DNA of 64,000 nucleotides from an uncultured Flavobacterium sp. (lineage in GTDB: Bacteria > Bacteroidota > Bacteroidia > Flavobacteriales > Flavobacteriaceae): assembly GCA_964631795.1 (NCBI GenBank), contig CAZWAF010000002.1, positions 2,311-66,310 on the forward strand, read 5' to 3'. Shown here one piece after another: positions 1 to 10,160 of the stretch. The notes beneath the pieces were generated by a model. It did no database searches. It had not been told where the DNA came from and saw nothing but the letters and a program-made list of their open reading frames with translations. How positions within the stretch are numbered: position 1 is the stretch's first letter; every line of letters starts with the position of its first letter. A program made the position numbers and the translations under genes.

Positions 1-21
1 TGTATTTTCCTGAAATGATTC

Positions 22-834
22 TCATGAGTTAAAAAGTATAAAATATTTTGAATTTTCGGCTGTTGAAAAATGATCCTGATATCCGGAAAGATCCAGAAAA
101 TCAATATTTCGAATGTATTTATAGGCGATTTTATACAAATCGCTCTCTTCTGAAATGTCTCCAAAAAGATATAGTTTGAAGAATTCAGGATTTAAATTCA
201 GTTGTTCGGCAACAAAAAGTATATAATAAATAAAATCTTCTTTGGTTTTGTATTCAAAAGAATTGAAAAGCAACAATTTTTGATTTTCAACAATTACTAT
301 TTCAAATTTATCAGCCTGAACATGTGCAAAAAATAATCTTTCTTCAATGTTTTTAGACAAATTCAATAATTTAGAAACCAAAATACTGTTTGAATGTTTG
401 TAATTAAAACTTCCAAACCAGTCAATTAAGAAATTATTAATATTTACATACGGAATATAAACATTGTTCATTTCCTGATTGGCCATTTCATCGAAAGTGA
501 AAAAATCATTTTCAAAAACCTTGTTGTTGAATTGCAAATATTCTTTGAGTAAATTTTTATCAAACAAAGCTTTCGGAACAAATGTGTTTAGATTATTATC
601 ATGTAATACCAACACTTCATCATATTTATGAGACAAAACGGAAGTTTCTGAAAATGCTTTCTGATAAAGTTCTTCCGGTTTGGAGTTTTTCTGAAAATCG
701 GAAAAATTAATAGATTCAACCATTTCGGCACTATGGTTCAAAGTATCAAAAACGCAATAGGAAAATCCATCCAAAGCAACCTGAAGTATTAGTTTTTTGT
801 ATTTCTTATCGGTGATGTTCGTTGTAATCGACAT
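22..834 (-). CDS. DUF3822 family protein
   Basis: Conserved Bacteroidota-type protein with motifs 'LQVALDGFSYC', 'FVPKALFD', 'DFIYYILFVAEQL'. Met at 834 preferred because a TAAGTTTG -7 box lies at 854-861. Confidence 0.7.
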   Translation of the reverse strand: MSITTNITDKKYKKLILQVALDGFSYCVFDTLNHSAEMVESINFSDFQKNSKPEELYQKAFSETSVLSHKYDEVLVLHDNNLNTFVPKALFDKNLLKEYLQFNNKVFENDFFTFDEMANQEMNNVYIPYVNINNFLIDWFGSFNYKHSNSILVSKLLNLSKNIEERLFFAHVQADKFEIVIVENQKLLLFNSFEYKTKEDFIYYILFVAEQLNLNPEFFKLYLFGDISEESDLYKIAYKYIRNIDFLDLSGYQDHFSTAENSKYFILFNS

Positions 835-955
835 AATATTTTGATAATGCACGCAAACTTACAAATTTATAACCGGAATTTTGAAAGAAGACAATTCTAT
901 AATTTAGAAATTTACCATTCATAATTTCTTTACTTTGCACATAAATTAAGAAAAA

Positions 956-2380
956 ATGAATTCCTCCTTGTTTTACAGTTTTTTGAAGAAACAATTTCCG
1001 TTTCAGCCTACAATTAATCAGGATTTATTTTTTCAGAAAATTGCTGTTTTTCTGACTGATAAAGAAAGTGATTCTATTTTTGTACTGAAAGGTTACGCCG
1101 GAACAGGAAAAACAACTGTGATTTCTACGATTGTAAACAGTTTGTCTGAAATTCAAAAAAAATATGTTTTGCTGGCACCTACAGGCCGGGCTGCAAAAGT
1201 AATTGCCAATTATTCCGAAAAACCGGCCTTTACCATTCATAAAAAAATCTATTTTCCAAAGAAAGTATCGGGTGGGGGAGTTTCGTTTTCGCTGCAACCC
1301 AACAAACATAAAAATACTATTTTCATAGTCGATGAAGCTTCTATGATTTCTGACAGAGATTCTGATTCCAAATTATACGCTAATGGTTCTCTGCTCGATG
1401 ATTTGATTTCTTATGTTTATTCGGGAACCAACTGCAAAATGATTCTTTTGGGAGATACGGCTCAGTTGCCACCGGTAAATTTAGACATCAGTCCGGCTTT
1501 GGACATTAATACTTTAAATTGGAATTATAATAAAGAAGTAGATTATATAGAATTGAACGAAGTAATGCGTCAGGAAGAAAATTCGGGAATTTTGTATAAT
1601 GCCACCGAATTACGTCAATTACTTGAAGATTCTTTTATTACCGATTTTCAATTTAATGTTAAAAAGTTCAAAGACATCGTGCGTTTGACCGATGGTTATG
1701 ATATTCAGGATGCCATTAATTCGGCTTACAGCAATTACAGCATAGAAGATACTGCTTTTATTGTGCGTTCGAACAAGCGTGCTAATCAGTACAATGAACA
1801 AATAAGAACCAAAATTTTAGACAAAGAAAGTGAACTTTCAACCGGTGATTTTCTGATGGTTGTTAAAAACAATTATTTCTGGCTCAAAGAAAGTGACGAA
1901 GCTGGATTCATTGCCAACGGAGACATTATAGAAGTATTGGAAATGTTTGGAATAAAGGAACTTTATGGTTTTAAATTTGCGAAAGTAAAAATAAGAATGG
2001 TCGATTATCCGAATCAGAAACCATTTGAAACGGTTTTATTACTCGATACAATTAAAAGTGAATCAGCTTCGTTGACTTATGAAGAATCAAACCGACTTTA
2101 TGAGGAAGTAATGAAAGATTATGAAGACGAAACAACCAAATACAAAAAGTTTCAAAAAGTCAAGGAAAACGAATATTTTAATGCTTTACAAGTTAAGTTT
2201 TCGTATGCTATGACTTGTCATAAATCGCAAGGTGGACAATGGAATACAGTTTTTATTGAACAACCCTATTTGCCGGACGGAATTAATCGTGATTACATCA
2301 GATGGCTTTATACGGCAATGACACGGGCTAAAAATAAGTTGTATTTGATTGGCTTTAAAGATGAGAATTTTGTCGATTAA
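956..2380 (+). CDS. RecD-like superfamily 1 ATP-dependent DNA helicase
   Basis: Walker A GYAGTGKT, APTGRAA, VDEASM, GDTAQLPPV and YAMTCHKSQG; YTAMTRAK at the C-terminus. Confidence 0.85.
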   Translation: MNSSLFYSFLKKQFPFQPTINQDLFFQKIAVFLTDKESDSIFVLKGYAGTGKTTVISTIVNSLSEIQKKYVLLAPTGRAAKVIANYSEKPAFTIHKKIYFPKKVSGGGVSFSLQPNKHKNTIFIVDEASMISDRDSDSKLYANGSLLDDLISYVYSGTNCKMILLGDTAQLPPVNLDISPALDINTLNWNYNKEVDYIELNEVMRQEENSGILYNATELRQLLEDSFITDFQFNVKKFKDIVRLTDGYDIQDAINSAYSNYSIEDTAFIVRSNKRANQYNEQIRTKILDKESELSTGDFLMVVKNNYFWLKESDEAGFIANGDIIEVLEMFGIKELYGFKFAKVKIRMVDYPNQKPFETVLLLDTIKSESASLTYEESNRLYEEVMKDYEDETTKYKKFQKVKENEYFNALQVKFSYAMTCHKSQGGQWNTVFIEQPYLPDGINRDYIRWLYTAMTRAKNKLYLIGFKDENFVD

Positions 2381-2391
2381 AAAGTAAAAAC

Positions 2392-3222
2392 ATGAATACT
2401 CTTAACGACTTACATAAAATTTCACAAGCATTTCCAAATACAGATAAAATGCCTGTTTTGTTTTTGGGACATGGCAGTCCGATGAATGCCATTGAAGAAA
2501 ACCAATTTACCATTAATTTCCAAAATCTTGGAAAAACATTGCCTAAGCCAAAAGCAATTTTGTGTATTTCGGCTCATTGGTTTACTAACGGAACCAAAGT
2601 TACCGCTATGGAAAAACCAAAAACGATACATGATTTTTATGGTTTTCCACAGGCTTTGTACGAAGTAGAATATCCGGCTCCAGGAAATCCGATTTTGGCA
2701 AAAGAAACCCAAAAATTGTTAGTACCAACTGAAGTTGAATTAGACCATGATTGGGGATTAGACCATGGAACTTGGAGTGTAATTAAACATTTATATAAAG
2801 AAGCTGATATACCTGTAATTCAATTAAGTATTGATTATACAAAACCGGCTAAATATCATTTTGAATTAGCACAAAAATTAGCTGCTTTACGTCAAAAAGG
2901 AATTCTGATTATTGGTAGTGGAAATATCATTCACAACCTGAGAATGGTTGATTTTCAAAATTTCGATAGAGACAATTACGGTTACGATTGGGCAATTGAA
3001 GCCAGAGAAAAAATTAATGATTTTATGCTGGATGGAAATTTCAATCCGTTAATAGAATACCAAAATCAGGGAAAAGCATTTCAATTAGCGATTCCTACAC
3101 CGGATCATTATTTGCCTTTGATTTATGCTTTGGGACTAAAAGAAAAAAATGAAGAATTGACTTTGTTTAATGACAAATTACAGGCTGGTTCGCTAAGTAT
3201 GACTTCGGTAAAAATATTTTAA
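2392..3222 (+). CDS. ygiD: 4,5-DOPA extradiol dioxygenase (LigB family)
   Basis: Motifs LFLGHGSPM, ISAHW, WGLDHG, GSGNIIHNL, PTPDHYLPL. Confidence 0.85.
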   Translation: MNTLNDLHKISQAFPNTDKMPVLFLGHGSPMNAIEENQFTINFQNLGKTLPKPKAILCISAHWFTNGTKVTAMEKPKTIHDFYGFPQALYEVEYPAPGNPILAKETQKLLVPTEVELDHDWGLDHGTWSVIKHLYKEADIPVIQLSIDYTKPAKYHFELAQKLAALRQKGILIIGSGNIIHNLRMVDFQNFDRDNYGYDWAIEAREKINDFMLDGNFNPLIEYQNQGKAFQLAIPTPDHYLPLIYALGLKEKNEELTLFNDKLQAGSLSMTSVKIF

Positions 3223-3229
3223 AAAGAAA

Positions 3230-4447
3230 TTAAAGTTCATACACTATCAACCCACTTCTGAATTTAGGCTCAATGTAAGTACTTTTAGGAGGCATGATTA
3301 AATTATTGTCGGCCAATGTTTTGATTTCACTTATATCAGATGCAAAAAGCGTAAATCCAACCTGAAATTCTCCTTCATCAACCATTTCTTTGATAGCGAT
3401 TATTGACTGGTTTCCGGGAACGTAATCAATGCGTTCATCGTTGCGCATATCGGTTATCCCAAGAATAGGACTTAAGACTTTTTCATACAAAATCTGCGAA
3501 TCTAAATTTTCAAGAATTCCTTCGGAATCAATAGCTTCTTTGAGATTCAAACTATAAAACTCACCATCAAGATACATCCCGAATTGTGATTTTTTAATTG
3601 GTTTCCACAATTCCTGTTCCTTGTTTTTAATCTTGAAATTTTTCTCTAATTCTTTCAGAAAATCCGCTTTAGAATGGCCGTTCAAATCACGAATGATTCG
3701 ATTGTATTCATAAATTTTTACATTACTTTCGGCAATCAAAAAACTCATGAAATAATTCAGATTTCTGTTTTTGAAGTCTTTGTATTCATCATACAGCATT
3801 TCGGCAGAAGCCGAACGATGATGGCCATCGGCTATATACAATTCAGGAATTTGTTCAAATTGATTTTGCAACCAATTGATTTCTTCTTCGGAATTTATTT
3901 TCCAAAGAGTATGTTTTTCTTTGTTGGGTGTAGAAAAACAGTAAACAGGTTGTTCTTTTTTCTTTTCAGGAATCCAATTATTCAAAGCTTCACTGTCAGG
4001 ATAAGTAATCAAAACCGGTTCGGTATTGAAACCTGTTTGGTGCAGATAATCTTTGAACAATTCCACACGGTACTGAAGAGTATCTTCGTGCTTTTTGATG
4101 ACGTTATTCTTATAGTCATCAATAGAAGTTCCGGCCACAATTCCGGTGAAAGATTGGGTTTTGGTTTGAATTTCATACAAAAAGAAAACTGCTTTTTCTT
4201 CTTCTATAAAAATACCTTCGTTTTTAAAGTCTTGATATTTATAAGCAACTCCTTTAAAACGCTTGTCAAAAGTAATTCTTTGTGAATAAACAAAAGCGGG
4301 ATTAATCACGTGCAGAAACGAATACGGATTAAAGTCTAACCAGGCAGCCAATTCTGCCGGACTGTAATCGTCGTAATTTCTGCAAGTAACCAATGCCACT
4401 TTATCGGCCACCGGACGCACTGCTTTGAAAGGGATTATTTTGCTCAT
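3230..4447 (-). CDS. DUF1015 family protein
   Basis: Motifs IKKHEDT, YIADGHHRSASA, MPPKSTYIEPKFRSGL. Confidence 0.85.
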   Translation of the reverse strand: MSKIIPFKAVRPVADKVALVTCRNYDDYSPAELAAWLDFNPYSFLHVINPAFVYSQRITFDKRFKGVAYKYQDFKNEGIFIEEEKAVFFLYEIQTKTQSFTGIVAGTSIDDYKNNVIKKHEDTLQYRVELFKDYLHQTGFNTEPVLITYPDSEALNNWIPEKKKEQPVYCFSTPNKEKHTLWKINSEEEINWLQNQFEQIPELYIADGHHRSASAEMLYDEYKDFKNRNLNYFMSFLIAESNVKIYEYNRIIRDLNGHSKADFLKELEKNFKIKNKEQELWKPIKKSQFGMYLDGEFYSLNLKEAIDSEGILENLDSQILYEKVLSPILGITDMRNDERIDYVPGNQSIIAIKEMVDEGEFQVGFTLFASDISEIKTLADNNLIMPPKSTYIEPKFRSGLIVYEL

Positions 4448-4454
4448 GTGTTCA

Positions 4455-4521
4455 AGTGATTAGTGATTAGTAATTAGTGATTAGCACTTGGCTAGTCACT
4501 AATTACTAATCACTAGTTACT
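4455..4521. repeat. Inverted repeat built of tandem AGTGATT heptamers (31-bp arms, 5-nt loop)
   Basis: Left arm 4455-4485 and right arm 4491-4521 are reverse complements with 3 mismatches. Confidence 0.9.
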
Positions 4522-5410
4522 ATTTAGAAAATTGCTTAGAAACTTTCTCCGCTTTTTTGCTTTCAGAGTAATCGTAGAAACCTTCACCCGATTTTACTCC
4601 TAATTTTCCGGCACGTACCATGTTTACCAATAGCGGACACGGAGCATATTTAGGGTTTTTGAATCCATCGTACATTACGTTCAGGATAGATAAACATACG
4701 TCAAGACCAATGAAATCGGCCAATTGCAATGGTCCCATTGGGTGAGCCATTCCAAGTTTCATTACCGTGTCAATTTCTGAAACTCCACCAACACCATTGT
4801 ATAATGTTTCGATAGATTCGTTGATCATTGGCATTAAGATTCTGTTAGCAACAAATCCCGGGTAATCGTTTACTTCTGTTGGGATTTTACCCAATTTAAC
4901 AGAAAGATCCATGATGATTTTAGTCACTTCGTCAGAAGTATTGTAACCACGGATGATTTCTACCAATTTCATGATAGGCACCGGGTTCATAAAGTGCATT
5001 CCGATAACACGCTCAGGATGTGAAACCACAGAACCGATTTGCGTAATAGAAATTGAAGAAGTATTGGTAGCCAAAATAGTGTTGTGGTCACAAGATTCAT
5101 TCAATTGTCTGAAAATATTCAGTTTCAAATCAACGTTTTCTGTAGCTGCTTCAACAACCAAATCAACACCTACAACACCGTCTTTGATGTCGGTGTAAGT
5201 AATGATGTTACCGATGGTTTTCATTTTGTCTTCTTCGGTAATAGTACCTTTAGCAACCATTCTGTCAAGGTTTGCGGCGATAGTAGCCATTCCTTTATCC
5301 AAAGATTTCTCAGAAACATCAATCAATTTTACGGTAAATCCACTTTGTGCAAAAGTGTGGGCAATTCCGTTACCCATCGTTCCGGCTCCAATTACGGCTA
5401 TGTTTTTCAT
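4520..5410 (-). CDS. hbd: 3-hydroxybutyryl-CoA dehydrogenase
   Basis: Rossmann GAGTMGNG, EAATEN, TNTSSISI, GMHFMNP, PGFVANR, GPLQLAD. Confidence 0.9.
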   Translation of the reverse strand: MKNIAVIGAGTMGNGIAHTFAQSGFTVKLIDVSEKSLDKGMATIAANLDRMVAKGTITEEDKMKTIGNIITYTDIKDGVVGVDLVVEAATENVDLKLNIFRQLNESCDHNTILATNTSSISITQIGSVVSHPERVIGMHFMNPVPIMKLVEIIRGYNTSDEVTKIIMDLSVKLGKIPTEVNDYPGFVANRILMPMINESIETLYNGVGGVSEIDTVMKLGMAHPMGPLQLADFIGLDVCLSILNVMYDGFKNPKYAPCPLLVNMVRAGKLGVKSGEGFYDYSESKKAEKVSKQFSK

Positions 5411-5414
5411 TTTT

Positions 5415-6204
5415 TTATTTTAATTTATTTAATTTTCTAATTTCTGTCAATAACTGTTCTTCTGTGGGAAGATAAAGTTGATATTGGCTGGCTAATATAG
5501 TATTATTATTTTCTGGTAGTGAGTATTTTACAACAAGATCATTTTTATTTTTGTCTGGCAACAAATGAAAAGCCATTTCCTAATTCTAATATAAAATCCT
5601 GTAAATTAGAGATAATAGCTTGTTCAAAATCCTTTTCGTAATAAGAACTTTCGCGCTTTAGTCCGAGAAATTCCAAGACCAAGGGATCTTTTATGATCTC
5701 ATTCGGATTAGATGGAATAACTTCATTTCTTGCAACAGCTAAAACACTTTCTTTATCATTACTGAGTAGCAATCTTTCAAAAAGCTGACTGTTTATCTGC
5801 CGTTCCATTTGCCGTACCGACCAATTGTTTTTAACAGTTTCAACGATATAGTATTCTCTTTTATCCTCATTTTCAATTTTTAATAACAATCGATAATGAG
5901 TCCAACTCAATTGTGAACGCAGTGAGTTCACAATTGGAAAAGTTCTGTAAAATTGTCTGTACCAATATAAATTTCTAGACGAAAATCCACTGCCAAACTC
6001 AGGTTGTAACTGCTCTGAAAGATATTTGATTAGATAATTTCCATAATCAGCTCGGTCTTTTCCTTGTTGTTCTTCATTAAAAATGCGTTCTCCAATATGC
6101 CAATACATAATCATTCGGTGATAATCTACCGAACGAATAGCACTTTCCTTAGATTTGGCTATAAGAGATTTTATTTCAAATATTAAATTTTGAGACAGTT
6201 GCAT
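5415..6204 (-). pseudogene. YhcG/DUF1016 PD-(D/E)XK family gene with internal deletion and frameshift
   Basis: The 219-aa ORF has the DUF1016 N-terminus (YWHIGERI, LSWTHY, IKDPLVLEFLGL) and stops at GFSFVARQK. The family C-terminus (NKNDLVVKYSLPENNNTILASQYQLYLPTEEQLLTEI) follows at once in another frame, 5549-5415. Confidence 0.85.
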
Positions 6205-6232
6205 TTTTATGAGAATGAATTCTTGCTTTTTG

Positions 6233-7225
6233 TTAAATGAATTTTAGTTCCAAAGAAGTTTGCTTCTCCATAGATTCAATAATCTGATATGCCACTCTCA
6301 ACGCTTCGGTTCCGTCTTCCAAAGTCACAACCGGAGTTGTATCGTTGTTGATGGCATCGGCAAAAGATTCCAATTCGTCTAAAATAGCATTGTTCAGTTC
6401 TATTTCAGGATTAGCAAAATAGATTTGTTTTTTAATGCCCTCGGCATTTTGTAGAATCATATCGAAATCTCCCGGAACTTCTGGTGCATCTTTCATCTTA
6501 ACCACTTCACATTTTTTTTCTAAAAAGTCAACTGAGATATAAGCGTCTTTTTGGAAGAAACGTGACTTGCGCATATTTTTTAACGAAATTCGGCTTGAAG
6601 TCAAATTGGCAACACAACCGTTTTCAAATTCGATTCGGGCATTAGAAATATCCGGAGTTTCACTGATTACGGCAACTCCGCTGGCATTAACCGATTTTAC
6701 TTTTGATTTAACCACGCTCAAAATAGCGTCTATATCGTGAATCATAAGATCCAAAACCACAGGAACGTCCGTTCCGCGGGGATTGAATTCGGCCAAACGG
6801 TGCGTTTCTATAAACATTGGTTTGTCAATCATTTCTTTCACGGCTTTGAAAGCAGGATTGAATCTTTCAACATGGCCAACCTGACCTTTTATATTGTATT
6901 CTTTGGCCAAAGCAATGATTTCTTCGGCTTCTTCAACGGTATTTGAAATGGGTTTTTCAATAAAAATGTGTTTTCCTGATTTGATAGCTACTTTGGCACA
7001 TTTATAATGAGAAAGAGTAGGAGTTACAATATCTATAACATCAACGGCATGAATGAGTTTTGCAATAGTATCAAATTGGGTGTAACCAAATTCTTTGGCT
7101 ATTTTGGCTCCGTTTTCGTGATTTTCATCATAAAAACCGACTAATTCATATTTTTCTGACTGCTGTAATAATCTTAAATGTATTTTTCCAAGGTGGCCGG
7201 CACCTAAAACTCCCACTTTTAGCAT
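6233..7225 (-). CDS. Gfo/Idh/MocA family oxidoreductase
   Basis: GVLGAGHLG, IEKP, GHVERFNP, DLMIHDID. The ATG at 7225 is preferred over the longer track start. Confidence 0.85.
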   Translation of the reverse strand: MLKVGVLGAGHLGKIHLRLLQQSEKYELVGFYDENHENGAKIAKEFGYTQFDTIAKLIHAVDVIDIVTPTLSHYKCAKVAIKSGKHIFIEKPISNTVEEAEEIIALAKEYNIKGQVGHVERFNPAFKAVKEMIDKPMFIETHRLAEFNPRGTDVPVVLDLMIHDIDAILSVVKSKVKSVNASGVAVISETPDISNARIEFENGCVANLTSSRISLKNMRKSRFFQKDAYISVDFLEKKCEVVKMKDAPEVPGDFDMILQNAEGIKKQIYFANPEIELNNAILDELESFADAINNDTTPVVTLEDGTEALRVAYQIIESMEKQTSLELKFI

Positions 7226-7413
7226 AAAGATAAATTTCGTCAAAAATAATGATTTAATAAGAAATTCCAATCTTTAATCACGAAACTTCGGAACCAAATT
7301 CCAAAACTCATTAATTTGAATTAGAATTGAGTTTTGACCTATATTTTTTGGAATTTGACATTTGCATTTTGGGATTTTAACCTCTATTTTAGCCGAAATA
7401 AAAGAATTCAATT

Positions 7414-8061
7414 TTGAAAGATACTGCCAAACATCAAGGACTTCGTAATCAGTTGGTAGCCCTTTTACAAGAGAAAAAGATTACCGATAAAAACGTTTTA
7501 GAAGCTATTAGAAAGATTCCCCGACACTTATTTTTAAATTCTACATTTGAAAATTTTGCTTATCAGGACAAGCCTTTTCCTATTGGAGCCGGTCAAACAA
7601 TTTCACAACCATATACTGTTGCTTTTCAGTCTCAATTGTTGGAAGTGAAGCCCGGAGATAAAGTACTTGAAATCGGAACCGGTTGCGGGTATCAAACTGC
7701 CGTTTTGCAAATGTTGGGAGCTAAGGTGTACAGTATTGAAAGACAACATGAATTGTTTAAAAAGACTTCTGTGCTTTTGCCTAAATTAGGAATTCGACCT
7801 AAATTATTGTCTTTCGGAGATGGTTATAAGGGTTTGCCTAATTTTGCTCCCTTTGACGGAATTATTGTAACTGCCGGTGCTCCATATATTCCACAACCTT
7901 TAATGGCTCAATTGAAAATAGGAGGCAGATTGGTTATTCCTTTGGGAGAAGATATTCAGATTATGACATTGTTGATTCGAAAAAATGAAACTCAGTTTGA
8001 AAAACATGAGTTTGGAGAATTTAGATTTGTCCCTTTATTAGAAGATAAAAATTATTCATAA
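7414..8061 (+). CDS. pcm: Protein-L-isoaspartate O-methyltransferase
   Basis: QTISQPY, VLEIGTGCGYQTA, APFDGIIVTAG, GEFRFVPL. Confidence 0.92.
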   Translation: MKDTAKHQGLRNQLVALLQEKKITDKNVLEAIRKIPRHLFLNSTFENFAYQDKPFPIGAGQTISQPYTVAFQSQLLEVKPGDKVLEIGTGCGYQTAVLQMLGAKVYSIERQHELFKKTSVLLPKLGIRPKLLSFGDGYKGLPNFAPFDGIIVTAGAPYIPQPLMAQLKIGGRLVIPLGEDIQIMTLLIRKNETQFEKHEFGEFRFVPLLEDKNYS

Positions 8062-8090
8062 AAAATGCCTCATTTCTTGAGGCATTTTTT
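8060..8090. terminator. Bidirectional intrinsic terminator between pcm and the yebC-like gene
   Basis: aaaaatgcctca-tttct-tgaggcattttt. Confidence 0.8.
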
Positions 8091-8107
8091 ATGAGAATAA
8101 AGTAAGA

Positions 8108-8818
8108 TTATTCTTCCATAGTATGATAAACGTTCATCACATCGTCATCTTCTTCAATTTTCTCGATTAATTTTTCAACATCAGTCATTTGTTCTTCTGT
8201 CAATTTTTTAGTAACCTGTGGAATTCTTTCAAAACCGGAAGATAAAATTTCAAGATTTCTGTTTTCTAATTCCTTTTGGATTGTTCCAAAACTGTTGAAA
8301 GGCGCATAAATCAGGATTCCGTCTTCGTCTTCAAAAATTTCTTCAGCACCAAAATCAATTAATTCTAATTCTAATTCTTCAGGATCAATTCCTTCTTTCG
8401 GAATTCGGAAGTTACAAGTGTGGTCAAACATAAATTCAACCGAACCTTGAGTTCCCATAGTACCGTTGCACTTATTAAAATAACTTCTGATATTGGCAAC
8501 TGTTCTGTTATTATTATCTGTAGCAGTTTCAATCAAAAGTGCAATACCGTGAGGTGCATAACCTTCAAATAAAACTTCTTTATAGTTAGCGGTATCTTTA
8601 TCAGTTGCTTTTTTAATTGCACGTTCTACATTTTCCTTAGGCATATTGGCTGCCTTAGCATTTTGGATAACAGCTCTTAATCTGGCATTGGCATCAGGAT
8701 TTGGACCTCCTTCTTTTACAGCCATTACAATATCTTTACCAATTCTGGTAAATGCTTTAGCCATTGCAGCCCAGCGTTTCATTTTTCTACCTTTTCGGAA
8801 TTCAAATGCTCTTCCCAT
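8108..8818 (-). CDS. YebC/PmpR family protein
   Basis: NMPKENVERAIKKA, EGYAPHG, ATDNNNRT, DDDVMNVYH. Confidence 0.9.
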   Translation of the reverse strand: MGRAFEFRKGRKMKRWAAMAKAFTRIGKDIVMAVKEGGPNPDANARLRAVIQNAKAANMPKENVERAIKKATDKDTANYKEVLFEGYAPHGIALLIETATDNNNRTVANIRSYFNKCNGTMGTQGSVEFMFDHTCNFRIPKEGIDPEELELELIDFGAEEIFEDEDGILIYAPFNSFGTIQKELENRNLEILSSGFERIPQVTKKLTEEQMTDVEKLIEKIEEDDDVMNVYHTMEE

Positions 8819-8866
8819 TTCTAGTATATTTAATCGTAGTTTATTTCTAAAATTGATATTTAAACA

Positions 8867-8898
8867 AAAAACCGATAGACGTTTGTGTATCGGTTTTT
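8867..8898 (-). terminator. Intrinsic terminator after gcvT
   Basis: aaaaaccgata...tatcggttttt hairpin. Confidence 0.7.
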
Positions 8899-8918
8899 CG
8901 GTAATATTTTAAATGTAA

Positions 8919-10019
8919 TTATTTTTTGTAAAATGGTAATTTTACCACTTTTGCAGCTACATCATTTTTTCTGATTCTGATAAAAATCTCACTGTCAACA
9001 GCAGAGTTTGGAGTAGTAACATATCCTAAACCAATTCCTTTATTCAATGAAGGAGCCATGGTTCCTGAAGTTACAATTCCGATTACATTTCCTGAAGCGT
9101 CAACAATTTCATAATCGTGTCTTGGAACTCCTCTTTCTGTCAATTCAAAAGCTACCAATTTACGGGAAACTCCTTCTTCTTTTTGTTTTTTAAGATTATC
9201 AGAGTTTACAAAATCCTTAGTGAATTTAGTAATCCATCCCAAACCTGCTTCAAGCGGAGAAGTAGTGTCGTTGATATCGTTTCCGTATAAGCAGAATCCC
9301 ATTTCTAAACGCAAAGTATCACGGGCAGCCAAACCGATTGGTTTAATTCCGAAAGCAGCACCTGCTTCAAATACTTTGTTCCAGATAGTTTCTACCTGGT
9401 CGTTTTTACAGTAAATTTCAAAACCTCCTGAACCGGTATATCCTGTTGCAGAAATGATAACATCGTTGAATCCGGCGAAATCACCTACAGCAAAATGATA
9501 GTAAGCAATAGAAGACAAATCGATAGAAGATAATGATTGCATAGCTTCAACCGCTTTTGGTCCTTGAATAGCAAGTAAAGAATAGTCGTCAGAAAGATTT
9601 TCCATTTGAACTCCCATATCGTTGTGAGAACTAATCCAAGCCCAGTCTTTATCAATATTTGAAGCGTTTACAACCAATAAATATTGGTTTTCTCCCATTC
9701 TGTAAATGATTAAATCATCAACAATTCCACCATTATTGTTTGGCAAACAAGAATATTGAGCTCTTCCGATAGTTAAAGTTGAAGCGTCATTGGTAGTTAC
9801 TTTTTGGATTAAAGCCAAAGCATTTTCTCCGGTCAACATGAATTCTCCCATGTGAGAAACATCAAAAACACCTACAGCGTTTCTTACAGTTTCGTGTTCT
9901 GCATTTACTCCTTCATAAGTAATTGGCATATTATAACCTGCAAATGGAAGGATTTTAGCCCCTAATTGTTCGTGTATGTGCGTAAGAGCAGTATTTTTCA
10001 TTGTTATTGTTGTATCCAT
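8919..10019 (-). CDS. gcvT: Glycine cleavage system aminomethyltransferase T (alternative start 10001)
   Basis: [14 protein letters not shown]-like motif, [22 protein letters not shown]. Confidence 0.95.
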   Translation of the reverse strand: MDTTITMKNTALTHIHEQLGAKILPFAGYNMPITYEGVNAEHETVRNAVGVFDVSHMGEFMLTGENALALIQKVTTNDASTLTIGRAQYSCLPNNNGGIVDDLIIYRMGENQYLLVVNASNIDKDWAWISSHNDMGVQMENLSDDYSLLAIQGPKAVEAMQSLSSIDLSSIAYYHFAVGDFAGFNDVIISATGYTGSGGFEIYCKNDQVETIWNKVFEAGAAFGIKPIGLAARDTLRLEMGFCLYGNDINDTTSPLEAGLGWITKFTKDFVNSDNLKKQKEEGVSRKLVAFELTERGVPRHDYEIVDASGNVIGIVTSGTMAPSLNKGIGLGYVTTPNSAVDSEIFIRIRKNDVAAKVVKLPFYKK

Positions 10020-10160
10020 ATTTTTTTTATTGTAGTAAATTTTTATGGTCGCTAAGATATTGACTTTTTGCGGAGTTGCAAAGACTAATTCTTTTAAAAA
10101 TTCAGTAAATTTTGATTAAATCTGTATTATTTATTTTTTAACAATTTTATTTAAACATTA

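Noticed and set aside
3674-4285. 203-aa antisense ORF, representative of many shadow ORFs (e.g. 16094-16675, 12876-13322, 24669-24911)
   Set aside because: They overlap well-supported genes or repeats on the other strand and show no recognisable motifs.
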